Shown here in pieces: positions 13,823-28,300 of a DNA stretch of 62,711 nt; position 1 is the first letter of the stretch; each line of letters starts with the position of its first letter. The stretch spans positions 1 through 62,711 of the forward strand of contig LWCA01000068.1 in assembly GCA_001642005.1 (NCBI GenBank), in the 5' to 3' direction. The DNA is from Intoshia linei (taxonomy: Eukaryota; Animalia; Orthonectida). The position numbers and the translations under genes were made by a program. The notes below the pieces were generated by a model. That model had not been told where the DNA came from, ran no database searches, and saw only the letters and a list, made by a program, of their open reading frames with translations.

Positions 13823-14411
13823 CTAGGTTGAATGTTATGTACTACGTACAAACAGCACCTAGCTCTACCGCAGGCACATTTTTATTCTACCAAAAAATAA
13901 ATTCACGTTGAAAATCTAACTTATAAATTCTACTATTCAATATTATCAATACTTTAAAGGAGTGGTTCCCAAATTTGTTTTAAGTGGAACCATCATATCA
14001 CATTACTTTTTACTTGTTTATAAAGTTGTTGAAATGTTGAAATATTTTATTTAAACAAAAAAAGTCAAATAATTAACGGTCAGAAATTTAAAAAAAAAAA
14101 AATTATTCTGATAGAGCTTATTCCAGTTGATATAAATACAAAATTTCAACCTTAGAAATCTACGCATTCCCGGTGAAAAATAATTTTTAATATATTATCA
14201 ACCAATATTTTTCAAATATTTCGATATCAAAATTGGGCTTTTTGACCCGTAAGATGTGAGTTTGGGTCATTGAAATTTATTTTGAAATAAAAAACTGTAA
14301 TTGAAATGTGAACTTTATAAATTTCTAAGACTGATAGTTATTGATATAAACGGTAACACACACACAAATATAGTGTAACATATTATACATAACTATATGT
14401 ATAAGTAAGGA
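13823..14411 (-). mobile_element. Non-autonomous Helitron, complete ends
   Basis: Minus strand reads A|TCCTTACTTAT...(TG)n...hairpin...CTAG|T. Confidence 0.8.
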
Positions 14412-14799
14412 TAGGGGTTCTCAAACTTTTTTTGAATCGACACTTAAGCCCATAATTAAAACATATTTTTGTAAATTTTCCTCTCCGTAATTCATAAATA
14501 AGTTGTAACAGTAACTTAATTTTGGTAATATTCATTCACAGAAATATGTATTGATTCAAAATATTTCTTATCTATCAAAAGAACCTTCTGAATATAGTTG
14601 ACAGCATAATTTTAGAATATGAGAAGTAATCATTAAATGTTACAGGTATTTATAATTTTATTTTTCCGGGATTCATTTTATTTATGATGATTTTTTTAGG
14701 GTTGTAACTGTAATTTTATTGTTTTTGCTTTATTTTTAAGATTATACACTCATGATTATAATCAATTCAAAATCCGCCCTCGCAGATCTATTTACTGTT

Positions 14800-17621
14800 T
14801 GTTGGAAATAACACTCATATCAGTAATTTATAATTACAATTAATTAACAATTTATAGAGAAATAACGTTATAATGTCTAAATTTTTCCAGGTACCCCTGT
14901 GAATGGCTGTTAAAATATCATTAACATATTAAAACTAAATTTGTTTGAAGAAAAGGTGTAATAGATATAATTATGAATAATGTCTAATAGACATTATTCA
15001 GAATAGACATTTAAATAAACAATTACCAATGCTATCTTTTGGTGTAATGATTGATTTTAAACTACATATATATTTTAAATTATTAACATTAATTAATTGG
15101 TACATTAATCTATCAAAATTATTTAATTTATTAAAAAAAGGGCTAAATTTTTTTAAATACATATATGATGTATATATAGATGACTACTTTATAAAATGTA
15201 ATCGAATACAATGACGCTTGTGAGACTTAGGAATTTTTTAATTCTGCCTGAAATAAAACCAGAATTTTTGGTACTAATACAAGCATGTGCTGGTAAGTTA
15301 CCACTGGTAATACCTTTGTCTATTGAATGTTATATATTGAAAAATATATATATAAAAATGTATTATTATTTTCATAATTATTAATTTGACAAATGAAACT
15401 CCATTTACAAAAATTTCGTAGAAAACTTGTCTCATTATTTCAAAACAAACTATGATTAAAATGGGTCAATTTTATAGTGATACCTCTGTAAGTACATGTG
15501 TGATTTACATGTTACAATTGTTAACTCTATACATTATTTTAAAATATAAATTACCCATGCTGTTCATAACAACAAGTAATCCAATTTTCAGACAAATTGA
15601 CATATTCTCTTTTAACCTAAAACAGATGGTAATTTTATAATATGATTGAAAGTAAAGATCATATCACAACACAATGTGCATCTGAATCAGTATAATCTGT
15701 AATAAATATTAAACATTATCCTATAATAATAAAAAACATTTTATCCATTTTTTTATTTGATTTGAATCTTATGGACCCCAGGCATATAATTTTGGTCTAC
15801 CAAGGGGTCCAGGAACCCTAATCTAAAATCACTGGAATAGATTAATTTTCAAAAAAATTGTATTTCCAAATTTTGTGTGTCAGAATTGCTAGATATTGGG
15901 AATTTATCACAAAGCCTAGACGACTTGACATGCCTAAATTATTATTGCAAAAAACCTACTTTAATTCCACCATTAAAAAATTTAATAAAAAATAATATTT
16001 CGAACCCTCAGTGAAAAATCGTATATTAAAATAGTAAAACAATTTTGGGAATCACTGCCAATTAGGGTTGATAAAAGTGAATAGTAACATTTTTGGTAAA
16101 TGTGAAATGTTTATCAGATATTAGGTATCAGACTAATAATTTACAGGTTAATTTATAAAAATTTTAAAATGAATATTACTAATGATATTTCGGTATAAAG
16201 ATTATCGTTTATTTTATTGAAATATTCATAAATTGCAGCGAAAAGTTCCCATCTATAATCAAATAAATATCAAAAAAATGTGAAATTTACTTTTTATATA
16301 CACAAGGAATGGCAACCAAAATTGATTTGTAGTGTTTCAAGAAAAAGTGTTTTGTTGATATTGTCAGCCTATAAGCCTACAAGATCAATATTACAAATTA
16401 AGCCATTATATCCATATAAATTTTCATCATATTATTACTTTATTAATTTTGCTTTGCCATTTTGAATTTTTAGTGCATATGAGATAATATCTATAAGTTA
16501 AATCATAATCATCTCGGTAATTTTCATATTTTCTAATCAATTTTTTTGTTTGGATCATACTATTGTACAGTTCAGTGAAAGCATTAAATACATTTTCCAA
16601 ATCTTTGTAAATATATTTTTGCCAGTGAGTTTGATTATCCTAATATTAATTGATTAATTAATGTAAATAAATTATTTAATGAGTAAATTTTGAATAGATA
16701 AAATGAGACGAGATGAATAGGTTAAATAAATTAAATCTTTAAAATTTTACGTTTACCTCAATTAAATTTGTACCAAAAGAATTACTAAAAAGTTAGCTCA
16801 GAGTCCTAGGATCTAGGTGTAAACTGGAATAATGATTCAAATAACATTACCTTGTAAACTTTAGAAAAACAATTAATATTTGATACTTGATGAATCATTT
16901 CTTCAAATTGTTGCGAAAAAAGTGAACATTGATTATATGTATCTATCATTATAGATGAAAAACGTATTTATATTTATTTTTAAATGGAATTAAATTTACG
17001 TGTTTGGGATTTAACATATTTGACAAATTGTTTCATTAAAATTTTGGTTGCTCGCTATATATACATTATGTTACGTTATAAAAAATAAAATATTATATAA
17101 TACCATTTTTTTATTATAATTCTTAATAAATATTTCAATTTTTGCATTTTTAGTTTGATAACTTTCTTTAAATGCACATTCACACTAGAATTAAAATGTT
17201 ACAATGTAAAATATCAAATGTAATACAAAATTGATAATGTAGTTAAAAATAATTATTATTATATATATTTACTTTCAAGTAAAATCTGTTTATTTTTGAT
17301 AGTTTAGTATATTTCTAAATAAAACAATTGTCATTATTAATATTTTCCAATTTTTATACCTCCAGTCCAAATCTTTCCCGTTCTTTTTCTAAATGAATAT
17401 TTTAAAATTAAAAAATAAGGTATACCTTCAACTATTTGGATTTTTTCTAAAAGCATACATTTCTCGTCACTTGTCCAAGAAATACTAACGACATTTTCAT
17501 CCAACAAATCGTATAGGCTTGTAAAATTGTTTATTGCTCCACTTTCAACAATTTCTGTATTATATTTACACAAATTACATTCCTTTAAAATATCTAATAC
17601 AGTTTGTCCAAATAATTCCAT
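14800..17621 (-). CDS. Unknown multi-exon protein; N-terminus SAM-like, middle helical BAR/AH-like; 3' limit uncertain
   Basis: Chain of mostly phase-compatible GT-AG exons: MELFGQTVLDILKECNLCKY...|EKERERFGLE|KYTKLSKINRFYLK|CECAFKESY...|...KKLIRKYENYRDDYDLTYRYY...; domain calls are from weak motif resemblance only. Confidence 0.55.
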
Positions 17622-17785
17622 ACAAATTTTATTTTTTTCCAAACATCTGCTTATTTTTTAATTTACAATTTTAGTTTTTTAGTGTTAGTTTAGTTAGTTT
17701 AGTGTTAGTTTTAGTGTTAACGTTAATTTATTTCTATTTACATTTTATTTATATTTAAATCCATACTTATATAAAGTGTATTATA

Positions 17786-18100
17786 CACTGCGTTCCAAGG
17801 TATTATGCCAAAATTAAAAACATTAATACTTTAAAAAGCAGTCACTTAATTCTATTAATTTTTTTATCATAATTTAATCATTCACCATATACAACGTTAA
17901 TGTTACAAAAACATTTATCAGGTTTCCAAAAAAGCATTATATTTAACATTTTATATTTTTGGGTATTTTTTAGTGAGCAAAATTATTATGCTAATAAAAA
18001 TTAAAAATAATTATGGGTAAATCAACATCACTTACTGTTGACGAAAAGGATAAAATCCTGAAAATGTTGGATAAGACGAGATTAAATTACGAGGACGAGG
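17786..18100 (+). mobile_element. Tc1-like transposon 5' remnant
   Basis: TA+CACTGCGTTCCAAGGTATTATGC end, inner repeat aaattattatgc; MGKSTSLTVDEKDKILKML transposase N-terminus at 18013. Confidence 0.55.
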
Positions 18101-18518
18101 ACGAGGACAATATTACGAGAAAAAACTCTTAATCCAACCATTAAATAAAAAACCAAAATTTTAGCAACCATGAAAGAAAAATCCCTTTTTCAGAGTACTT
18201 AGTTTGTATATATATGAAAATTTGTGAGACTTACAAGCTTCATTATATTCAGTTTACAATTTACTTTTAATTAAAATGATAAAATTTTTCTAAAAAATAT
18301 TTTCTGGTGGTCATCTTTATATTTTGTAATATTGGTTTATTTTGCAGGTCTTAATTCTTAAGTGGGTTTAAATTTGAAAATTAATAATAATTTATGCATT
18401 TTGGTGCTGAATTAATTAGATCAGTCTATTAAGGTCAATTTAACATCGTTTTTGACTATAAATTAAATTTTATTTGATCAATAATTCTTTATTCAAATTG
18501 ATTAAATCTTTGTAACTA

Positions 18519-19663
18519 TCAAAATATACTATAAAATGTGCTATTTTGAACAGATTTTAAAATACTCCTTTGGGGTCTTGTTATATTTCGATTAATATAA
18601 TCGTAAATTGTTTTGATCATGTGTAAATTGTGCAAAATATTGACATTGGTTGTATGCGAATATTGTCTATGATATCTAAAGTATGTTAAATTGGACCATG
18701 TTGTGCATCGGGCTAAGAATTCATGGTTTACTGTACTATCAGCTTTTTCATAGTATTGTTTCGGATTACCATGTGGATAATGGGTGTTCCTGTAATCCAA
18801 TTGTTTAATAGTATCAATGTCACCTCCAAAAAAACACATTGAATCGACCTTTGGATCTTTAGTATCAGCTATAAACGGTCTTACTTCTAACCATCTGCAT
18901 AACAAGAGAGGATTATCAGGATTTAACGTTTTATATAATTTATTAATATTTTTAATTGTATAATTTCCCTTTTTGGTCAATACCAATGGTTCATCAGACG
19001 TCCATTTACCATGAGATGGAAACAGTGAAACTGCCGTGTTCCAAGATGACATTAATTTTATCCAGTCTTTTGAATTTGTCCAGAAGATGTCAAAATTGTC
19101 ACCTAAAAAGTATTAATCATTATTTTATTGAATGTATACCAACTATTAAGTCTTGAATAGTCTTTATTAAACCACTGAAAGGACCAATGATTGGAATGTA
19201 TAGTTTTATGTAATAATCTTTCTACTTTTGAGATTTACTATTCAGAAAATTCAATGTAATAAGGGCACCGATCGAATGCCCTACTAATGTTACCCTTGTT
19301 TTATTCACGTTGTACATTTTTTCTATTAATTTGCCCACTTTGTCATAATATAAATCATCTAATTCAAAATATAATTTTATACATTATTTGATTACTAAAT
19401 ATATTTTTAAAGTCGTAAGGTGCAGCAGCCATATCAACCCCATCTTGATATTTTTTGCTTTTTAGAAAATTAAAAAATGTATTGAAAATCTCAGCTAAAA
19501 TGTTGAGTTATATTTAAAAACTAAGCAGAATCGATAGAAATATTACTAGGTCCGATTTTTAAAGCTGATATATCAACAATTGCACCCATCTTACCAAAGC
19601 CGTCATTGCATACGGTAATGTTTACGCCCGGAGTACTTTCTCCATATTTACAATTTCCAGTAC
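18519..19663 (-). pseudogene. LCAT / group XV phospholipase A2-like, in-frame TAG; 5' exons (up to ~20340) degraded or unclear
   Basis: STPGVNITVCNDGFG, AAPYDFK, VTLVGHSIGA (GxSxG), IGPFSG, ADSTV; TAG at 19222-19224 in SQK*KDYYI where the family has W. Confidence 0.75.
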
Positions 19664-20599
19664 TGTAATGCAATTTAAAATAATGTATAAAAGTTATAAT
19701 GTTTTATGATTCAGTACATCATTCTACTTTTAAAGCAACGGAATGTATAATTCCCATTCAAAATTGATCCATTCAGTGTATCGTTTCGCATTTTATTTCC
19801 CAAATATTTTATTAAAACAAAAAATGTGCAATAATTAACGGTCTGAAATTAAAAAAAAAAAATATTCTGATAAAGCTAGGTGCTGTTGATACGTAGAACA
19901 TAACAATGAACCTACAATATTGGCCATATACTTATAATAATTTATAAAAAATATCAAATATGGTTATATCTTTTGTTATTTTAACATTAGATTATAATAT
20001 AGAGCATATATAGAAAGCTGAATTTTCATTCATTTAGAAAATGCATTGTTAAGCATTAAAACATTAATCCAACAAATGTATTATTATATATTGTATTATA
20101 TTATATTTTGTATTATATAATTCACAATTATATTAAATATTAATTTTGTGTAACTAAGTCTTAAGTACTTCCAGAACCGAACCTACCATGCTTAATATGA
20201 ATGAATTCGTTTTTATTATCATTTATCCAAAATTAAACCAAGATTTCTATTAGAGTGGACTTAGAAATTTTTGTCAGTGTTTTAGGTATCAGTTGACAAG
20301 GTGTCAGTATAAATAATGGATTGTCAGTATTTAAATTTTTATTATAAATTTAAATTTATTATTTTATATATATATTTAAATTAATATTAATATTAACTTT
20401 GTTAAATTTTTTGACATTTTTGATGCATATTTTTCTTTCGATAATAGATACAACGATAGTTCAATACATTATACTATAGCACGAATTTATAATTACACTC
20501 AAATTTTACCTTTTATACATTTACATGTATCACTAGATAATACAGAAAAAATTATCAGCGTAAACAAAAAAATTTAACCTTTAATAATGTACTTTAAAT

Positions 20600-21373
20600 T
20601 AAGATTGACTTTCATCAAGATCAACATGACTCATTGTTGTATTCATATTTGTCATATAATGGTCATCCATACAAAAATTTAATCATTGAATCATTGCAAC
20701 ATATGGGTTATTCCATCACAAAGAAATCACTTATGGAGATTGAAAAACTAGTTAATTTCATTTAAAAAGTAGATACCGTGCTAAATCGTTGTAGATTGAA
20801 AAAAATGAATCATTATAAAACTACATACATTAAATTGGTAAATATCAATAGGGTGATTTATCAAATTGATATTTGTTAATATTGAACAAGCTGACATAAT
20901 TGGAGTAAAAATGAATAAATGCTCATTGTATTTATTTGAAATGCTTATAGAAACCGACAAAGCGTATAATGACTATATTTATATCACCATCCATAAAAAT
21001 AAAATACGCAAGTATGTGTAAAAAACCGATATTTCGGAATAAAACTTGACAAGTCCAACCAAAAAGTGTTTTAGGGTATCTAGGTTCATCACCGTGTTGA
21101 TGTGCATAGCGTCAGTTATAATGCCACTGTTGATACATTTGTACATTTACTATGTGTATTACATATAATATGGTATTTTTTTAGAGTTTTGAAAAATTAC
21201 GTAATATGGTCAACATATATGGACGTGATACATTTGGTATCTCTACACAATTCAATATCTTAGACAAAAATATGAAGCATTATAGAGAGTATAGAAATAG
21301 TATCAACTGCATGAGTTTCATCAAAACGTACATGACTAAGGCAGTTGATGCGGCTTATTTAGAAAATTTGTAA
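20600..21373 (+). CDS. Hypothetical multi-exon orphan gene (structure uncertain)
   Basis: Coding-like blocks between GT-AG mini-introns, e.g. DFHQDQHDSLLYSYLSYNGHPYKNLII..., SFEKLRNMVNIYGRDTF|DKNMKHYREYRNSINCMSFIKTYMTKAVDAAYLENL*. Confidence 0.4.
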
Positions 21374-21424
21374 TTTATAGATTCATTAATGTTTTAAAAT
21401 TAATATATGTATATTTATACTATA

Positions 21425-22250
21425 CTAGATTGGCAGTTTTGTACTACGTACAAACAGCACCTAGCTCTGCCGAGATCACTCTTTTATTATACTAAAAAAA
21501 TAAATTTATGTTAAAAATCTAACTTAAAAATCCTACTATTCACTATTATCAATCCTTTAAAGGAATGGTTCCCAAATTTGTTTCAGGTGGAACCGTCATA
21601 TCACATTACTTTTTACTTTAAAGTGAATTATTCCATCTTAATTTTGTTTTGTTAACATTTGCGTAAAGAATTTTAAAAACAATTGTTATCCCATTTTTTT
21701 AATTTATTAGACAGAATGTGTTTATAATATTAAAAATAAAGTAAAAACAGTCCAATCCTAAAAATTGTCATAAATAGCATAAATTCCAGAATAAATAAAA
21801 TTATAAAAACCTATTTTGTCATTTTCAATATGATGTCATATATTCAGTACTAATTTAATAAATACTTAAAAATACCAATTATGTATCAATAATTAACGAA
21901 ATCAGCACTTTAGAAACATATTTCAGGTGAATTTTACCAATATTGCAAAGCATTGTACATAATATAATAAATAATAAATATAAAAATGATAATAACAAAG
22001 TTGTATTACTTTTAGTAATTCGTTGTTGTAGTGTTAATTTAAATTTTAAATAAAATGTTTTGAAATGAGAATCAAAAATTGCGTAGCAATGAAAAAAATC
22101 CCAAAGGAATCAATTACAGTATTCTCTATAACTCGCCATTCTTGGTATTTAGAAAAAGTTGGCGAGATAGAGAATTTATAAATATAGAAACAGTAGAAAT
22201 AACCTTTAAATTCAAGGATAAAGTACAAAATATTTAAAATTTTAATACAA
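21425..22250 (-). mobile_element. Non-autonomous Helitron copy (5' end not seen)
   Basis: A|CTAG...gtactacgtacaaacagcacctagctctgccgag head; body matches 6480-7019 and 27846-28716. Confidence 0.75.
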
Positions 22251-22355
22251 ATTAATTAAAATCTATTTTATATTATATATTAAATATTTTCTAAAAATTT
22301 CAATTAAATTAAAAAATGAGTTTACTAAGTGAATAAAATAGGATATAAAGACAAT

Positions 22356-25300
22356 TTAATTATTGTTAGTTATTGTCGAAATTTTAAATTTCGGCAACAA
22401 ATCAGGACCACACACTATAATATAAATATTAAACTAAAACAAATAATTTTAATACTTTTAGGACTCTCCAAGAAAAAAGGGCTAGAAATGCAGGTTTTGG
22501 CACATTTTCTAAAAAAATATATACAGAATTATCTCTAGTTCACCAATCTAGGAACTCACATAAGATAATGTCTAAAATAATGTAGATACATTTTCAATTC
22601 AATTCAATCCGATTATTTTAGAGGGAATATACAGGTAATTCATATAAACCAAAATTTAAAAGGCTCTATTAAAATACATGTAGTTTATTGATATCTTATT
22701 ACACTATTACTTATAGTATTAGGCTAGCTTATATTTTTTTAGAAATTTCAGAAACCCCAATGTAAAATTTGAAAAATATAATCTAAATCCCATTTAAATG
22801 TATAGAAAAAATATAACATAATTTACTAATAATGCTAATTGAAAACTCAGATAATTATAATAGAACTAAAATTACCGATATGCAGGATTGTACATAAACA
22901 TGTCATTCATCAAATCAAGGCCATGTTTAGATAAATGGGGAAATTTAGACTTTAGTTTATTGTATCTATTTGAATTCAATTTATAAATTAAAATTCTTAC
23001 TTATTTTTGAAATTGAACAATGAATATGCTTTGAGATATTTCAATTCCTATTTAAAATTGTAAATTTTACCACGATTAACATGTAAATTAAAACACGCTT
23101 AAATAATATCTATAATAAAATAATTACGGGCCAAATATGCTCATTTGGTGCGCCAAGTAGCTCGGAAATGTGTAGAATTTGAGCAATTTCAGATTTTCCT
23201 GGAAAAATAGGTTTATTCTCAACTAATTCTCCGAATATGCAACTAATTGCCCTATAAATAAAATTAAAATTAATAAAATAAAAATAAACCATATATCAAT
23301 TCCACTGGACACATCCTTACTACCAAACAAGAGTTCTGGTGCTCTGTACCATAACGTTACCACATTAGGCGTCATTTCTCCGCATGGTTTTGTAAAATAT
23401 CTCGATAAACCAAAATCACCTGTATAATTACATTAAATTATAATCGTTATATTTCATCAAAACGAATTATATTTATTTGATTACCAATTTTTAATATTCC
23501 ATAATTATCCAACATTATATTTGCTACTTTCAAATCTCTAAAATAATTACTATTAAATTGAAAATTACGTTTAATAAAAAATAACGCTTCCTTGGAAAAA
23601 TAAGTGGTGTTTTAGAAGTTATAAGTCCTATCTTACCATTATCATAGGGGATTTATTTGTACTTTAAACTAATAAATTTATTTATCTTCTATTTTATTTT
23701 CTATTCATTAAAATACACTTTGATCCTAATTTTTGATTTAGACCAAAAATGAGTATATACAGCTGCGTAAATATTTATCTGAACCCTGTCTACTTACGGA
23801 TCTATAGTATCCTATCTGGTACCTGGATAAAAAAACATTCATTTTCCATTAATATGAATTGAAATTATAACAATTACCTATGAATAATAAAATTTTCATG
23901 TAGATGACAAACGCCTTCTAAAATTTGATACAACAAACATTTTATCTAAAAATATAAAATCACATTTTCATCAAATTTATTTTATTAGTACAGGCTAATA
24001 GCTTATGTTTTATTTTACAAAACCCTTACTTATATATAGTAAAAATTGCTAAAAATATGTGGACCCACAATCATATATTTGCAAAATTGACAATCCCAGA
24101 AATTTAAAAAACAAAAATTATAATATAGTTTTCCAAAACACCCTGAAATTTACAATTCAAGCTCAAATCTATAAATTATGTATTATTTTGGAAAATAATC
24201 ATTTTGTCACTGGATTATAATCATATATATAATAATAATATATTATAAATACATATATTCTTATTTTTTTTAAATTAAAACAAACCTGAGGTATATTGAA
24301 AGGTTTTTTATATGAATCGATAATTTTTCCCAAATCATATTCGTAAAATTCCATGATTAAAAATATTCTAAAAACGTAGATAAATATACGTATAAATCAA
24401 TGATTCCTGGATACATAAGGAGTATGGATCCAATATCAAAATAAAAATTTTTAATGTATAAAAAAGTTATAATGAGCATTAAACCTTTACACCAGGCATT
24501 TTCAACCCTTTTTCGCTGTGGACTCCTACAATGGTATTGCAAAATAAACTGTGGACCAAAAATATATTTATATAAAATTTTATGTGTTACTGTTCATTTA
24601 AAAAACCCACCGGTTAATACAATTTTTCAAGAGTAATGCATCATTGCCAATTTTATTTCCCGAAATTTAATTCTTCACGGTCAAATACTAATTATTTTTT
24701 TAAAAATATATATATCGCTAATATTTCAAAAATAATATATTATGGAACGCATCTGAAATTCGTTACCATTGGCATAAATCTTAGCCTCATAATCATAAAT
24801 CTTCATATTCAAAACCCTAAATTAACATTTTTTAAAAAAATAAAAAAAGTAAATTTTTATAAAACATAAATTCTGTAATAGTTTTTAAAATCATAAGCAT
24901 TATCATAAATAGCAATTCCAAAAAATTTTGATGGACTTTTTTAAATATACGGTAACCCACACACAGAAATTCAATTATTTATTTATATAAAATTTTTCAT
25001 GCACCCCGTTGAAAATCAATACTTCATACAACAACTAACATTTTCCATGATTGTAGATACTGTCAAATATATCATAAATAAAACTCCTATAAAACATTTA
25101 CCTTCTTGGAGTCCAAGTTACCAAATGTTTCATTTTGGAACATTGGAGGTTTGGATAAAAATGAAAGTTTTTTAAGGTAAGAACAAATTATTAAAATGAA
25201 GTAAGGCATCAAGGTGAAAAATATTTTTTTCTAATGAAAAAAATGGAGACCCTAATATTGAATATAAAAAAACGTTAAATTCAAATAAACGAACAATAAA

Positions 25301-28300
25301 TCAATAAAACCTATTCAAAGTTTTCCCAGTAGCAATTTCTTTTAATGTAACAATATTTTTATGTTTCAATTTTAAAAGAATATCAATTTCGCGTAAATCT
25401 CCTAATTTAAAACCTAAAAATAAATTAAATAACGATAAAAATTTAACACTAATTATATTTCCGTCCTTAAATATAATTTCAGCCAATTTGCAGAATTTTA
25501 ACCAAATAAATAACTCATATTTTGATTATTTTTGACTTGTATATAAATAATTCAAAAATCAAATTTTACTAATCATCTCTGAAAAATTAAACTTAAAGTT
25601 TAACAATCCATAAACCAGTGTTAATAAAAACATTTTCAGCCACTCTAAACAAATATATTTACACCTTACACCACTGGTTCTCAACGTTGGCGTTAGCACC
25701 CCAGGTTCATGTTGAAAAATTTAGGGCGCAGCAACTAATTAATAATTGGTAAAAATGTAATGTAAATATGTTATTTTTGATATAGTATAGAGTAAAGATA
25801 CAAAATAAATATATGTCAAAGAGTATATATTGTTATCAAACCAACCAGCATAAAACAAAGAATTAAGGAGTTGGCACTCAATCACCAGAAGCAAGGATAA
25901 TATGGAAATAAATACAAATTATTTACCTTTTGTTCCATTATTATTAATATGATAAAAATACATTTTATCATAATGTAATTGTTGAATTAGAAAGTTGAAT
26001 ATTCGTTTAAATATGTTGAGAACCCTGCTTTTATATATTTGTGCCAACACTGCCTTATGGAAAAACCTCTTTAAATCATTTCAAAATGAAAAAATTGCTA
26101 ACTGACGGTAATGTATATAAAAATAATACCAAAAGAATTTGTACAATTTTTTAATTTCTTGACTGCAACAATTTCATTCTTCCGTTTATCTCTCAATTTA
26201 ACTATACAAAAAAATAATATTATAAAATACTAGCTTGGATGTTTTGTACTTCGTACAAACAGCACCTAGTTTTGTCGAGAACAGACTTTTCTACTTGTAC
26301 ACAAAATAAAATCTTTAGGTATAAATGATATTATTCACTATAACCAATGTTTTATAGTAATGGTTCCCTAACAATAAAGACAATTCTTTTTTTTTTAAAA
26401 TTCTAGGACCTTTAATTATATCAAATTTTATATTTTACTAATTTGTTTTGTTACTAAAATAATTCCCCAAAAAAAGCTCACATCGAACCCACTTTAAGAA
26501 ATTGTTTTTTCGAACATGAAAGCTTAACATTGAAATTTTTTATACATGTTAACTGGTAAAAGCTGTATTACATGTGATCTTTTTTTAAATTTTATTTTCA
26601 GTGATTATAAAAATACTATTTTGACCATAAAGGCATCACTTTGTGAGATAAAAATTTTTTGGGTGTAATATCTAGAGATAACTGTATGAACTGTTATGTT
26701 TTTTAAAATTCTGGCACTATTTTCACTTTTTGAAAAAAAGGGTATTTTGGGGATTTGACCCTGAAGATTAAATTTTTTGAAATTTAAATTTATGACAATG
26801 TTCATTGTTTTAAAATATGCACCCGAGTGTATATTTTTTAAATTCTAGGACTCGTTTGATTTTAAAAAAAGGATAATTGGGGTTTTTGACCTGTAAGATG
26901 TAAGTTTATGAGACTAAAATTTATCTTACTTTCACCCGGAAAAAACTGTTATTAAAATGTGGAATTTTAAAATTCTAAAACCCTTAGTTATTGAAATAAA
27001 CGATAACACACACAGGCAGACAGAAAAAAAAATAGTTTTATATACACTCTATATCAGACACGTCAATAATAAACATCCTCAATAATGAATTTTTGAGAAA
27101 GTGAATGATTTATTGTAAAATTATGACTATGCCATTGTAAAGAATATGTAAGTTAATTATTTTATTCAAATTGATTATAATGAATTTTCAAAAAGTGGTT
27201 TTTCATTTTGATATCATTGATCTTTTGATCAAATTTTTGTGGTTTTCATCTTTTTTCTAATTTTTTCATCCAATTTTTAAAGATTTTGATAATAATTTTG
27301 TGTCCAAAATTTGATAGGGTTTTTAAGGAATATTTTTAACATTTTAAGGGTCTTCAAAATCTTTAAAAATTAAGTGAAACAAAATATAAATTGTGGATGT
27401 AACAATTTTTATTGATTCCATGCGTACATTCTTTAAAAAAATGAGCATCAGTAACTAACAGGTTATTGAAAACACTCACTATAATAAATTTTATCAATAT
27501 CAAAATAATGATTTTTATTTTGAATTATGGAAGGGCGATTTTAAAAAATATGTGTAAATTAATGTCTTAGGAGGCGACTCTAAAAAATGTTAAGAACCCT
27601 GTTCTATACTATACACAACAAAATTTTGAAAAACTTAAATTTAAAAGTTTAAATTAAAACATAAATTTCAGACAATGAAAGGATTAAAATTTTCATTCAA
27701 TCACAGAAATGTTTAATAGTGAATCTGACACTTAGGGTTCATTATTGACGAGTTTGGCAATATAAGTTAAAATAAAATGTAAACTTTCCAAAATATATAT
27801 TTTATATTTTTTCTTTTTATCAACATTTAATTAATTATACATAAACTAGTTGACTGTTATGTACTACGTACAAACAGCACCTAGCTCTGTTGAGGGCACA
27901 TTTTATTCTACCAAAGAAATAAATTCATGTTGAAAATCTAGCTTAAAAATCCTACTATTCACTATTATAATATATTGTATAATTAATTATTTTACATTTT
28001 AATTAATTAATATATTGTAATAATTATAATAATAAAGTTGTATCACTTTTAGTAATCGTTGTTGTAGTTTTAATTTAAATTTGAAATTTAAAAATTGCAT
28101 AGCAATGAAAAAAATTCCAAAAGAATCAATTATATAGATTTTCACCCATATTTCTTTTGTGGAAATATGTAAACGTTCAATTCACATTTTTTTTGAAATT
28201 GTAGAATCAATATTTATTTTTTCAATTTTTATTTTAATCGAAATATTTGAAAAATTATGGTTGAATATATTAAAAATTATTTTTCACCGGGAATGCGTAG

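Noticed and set aside
18956-19156. Antisense ORFs (also 31660-31845, 54508-54720, 60883-61164, 61729-61923)
   Set aside because: Shadows of real exons on the opposite strand.
19222-19224. Possible genome-wide stop-codon reassignment (TAG as a sense codon)
   Set aside because: Single case; REEP and COASY end in TAG and the other conserved genes show no in-frame stops.
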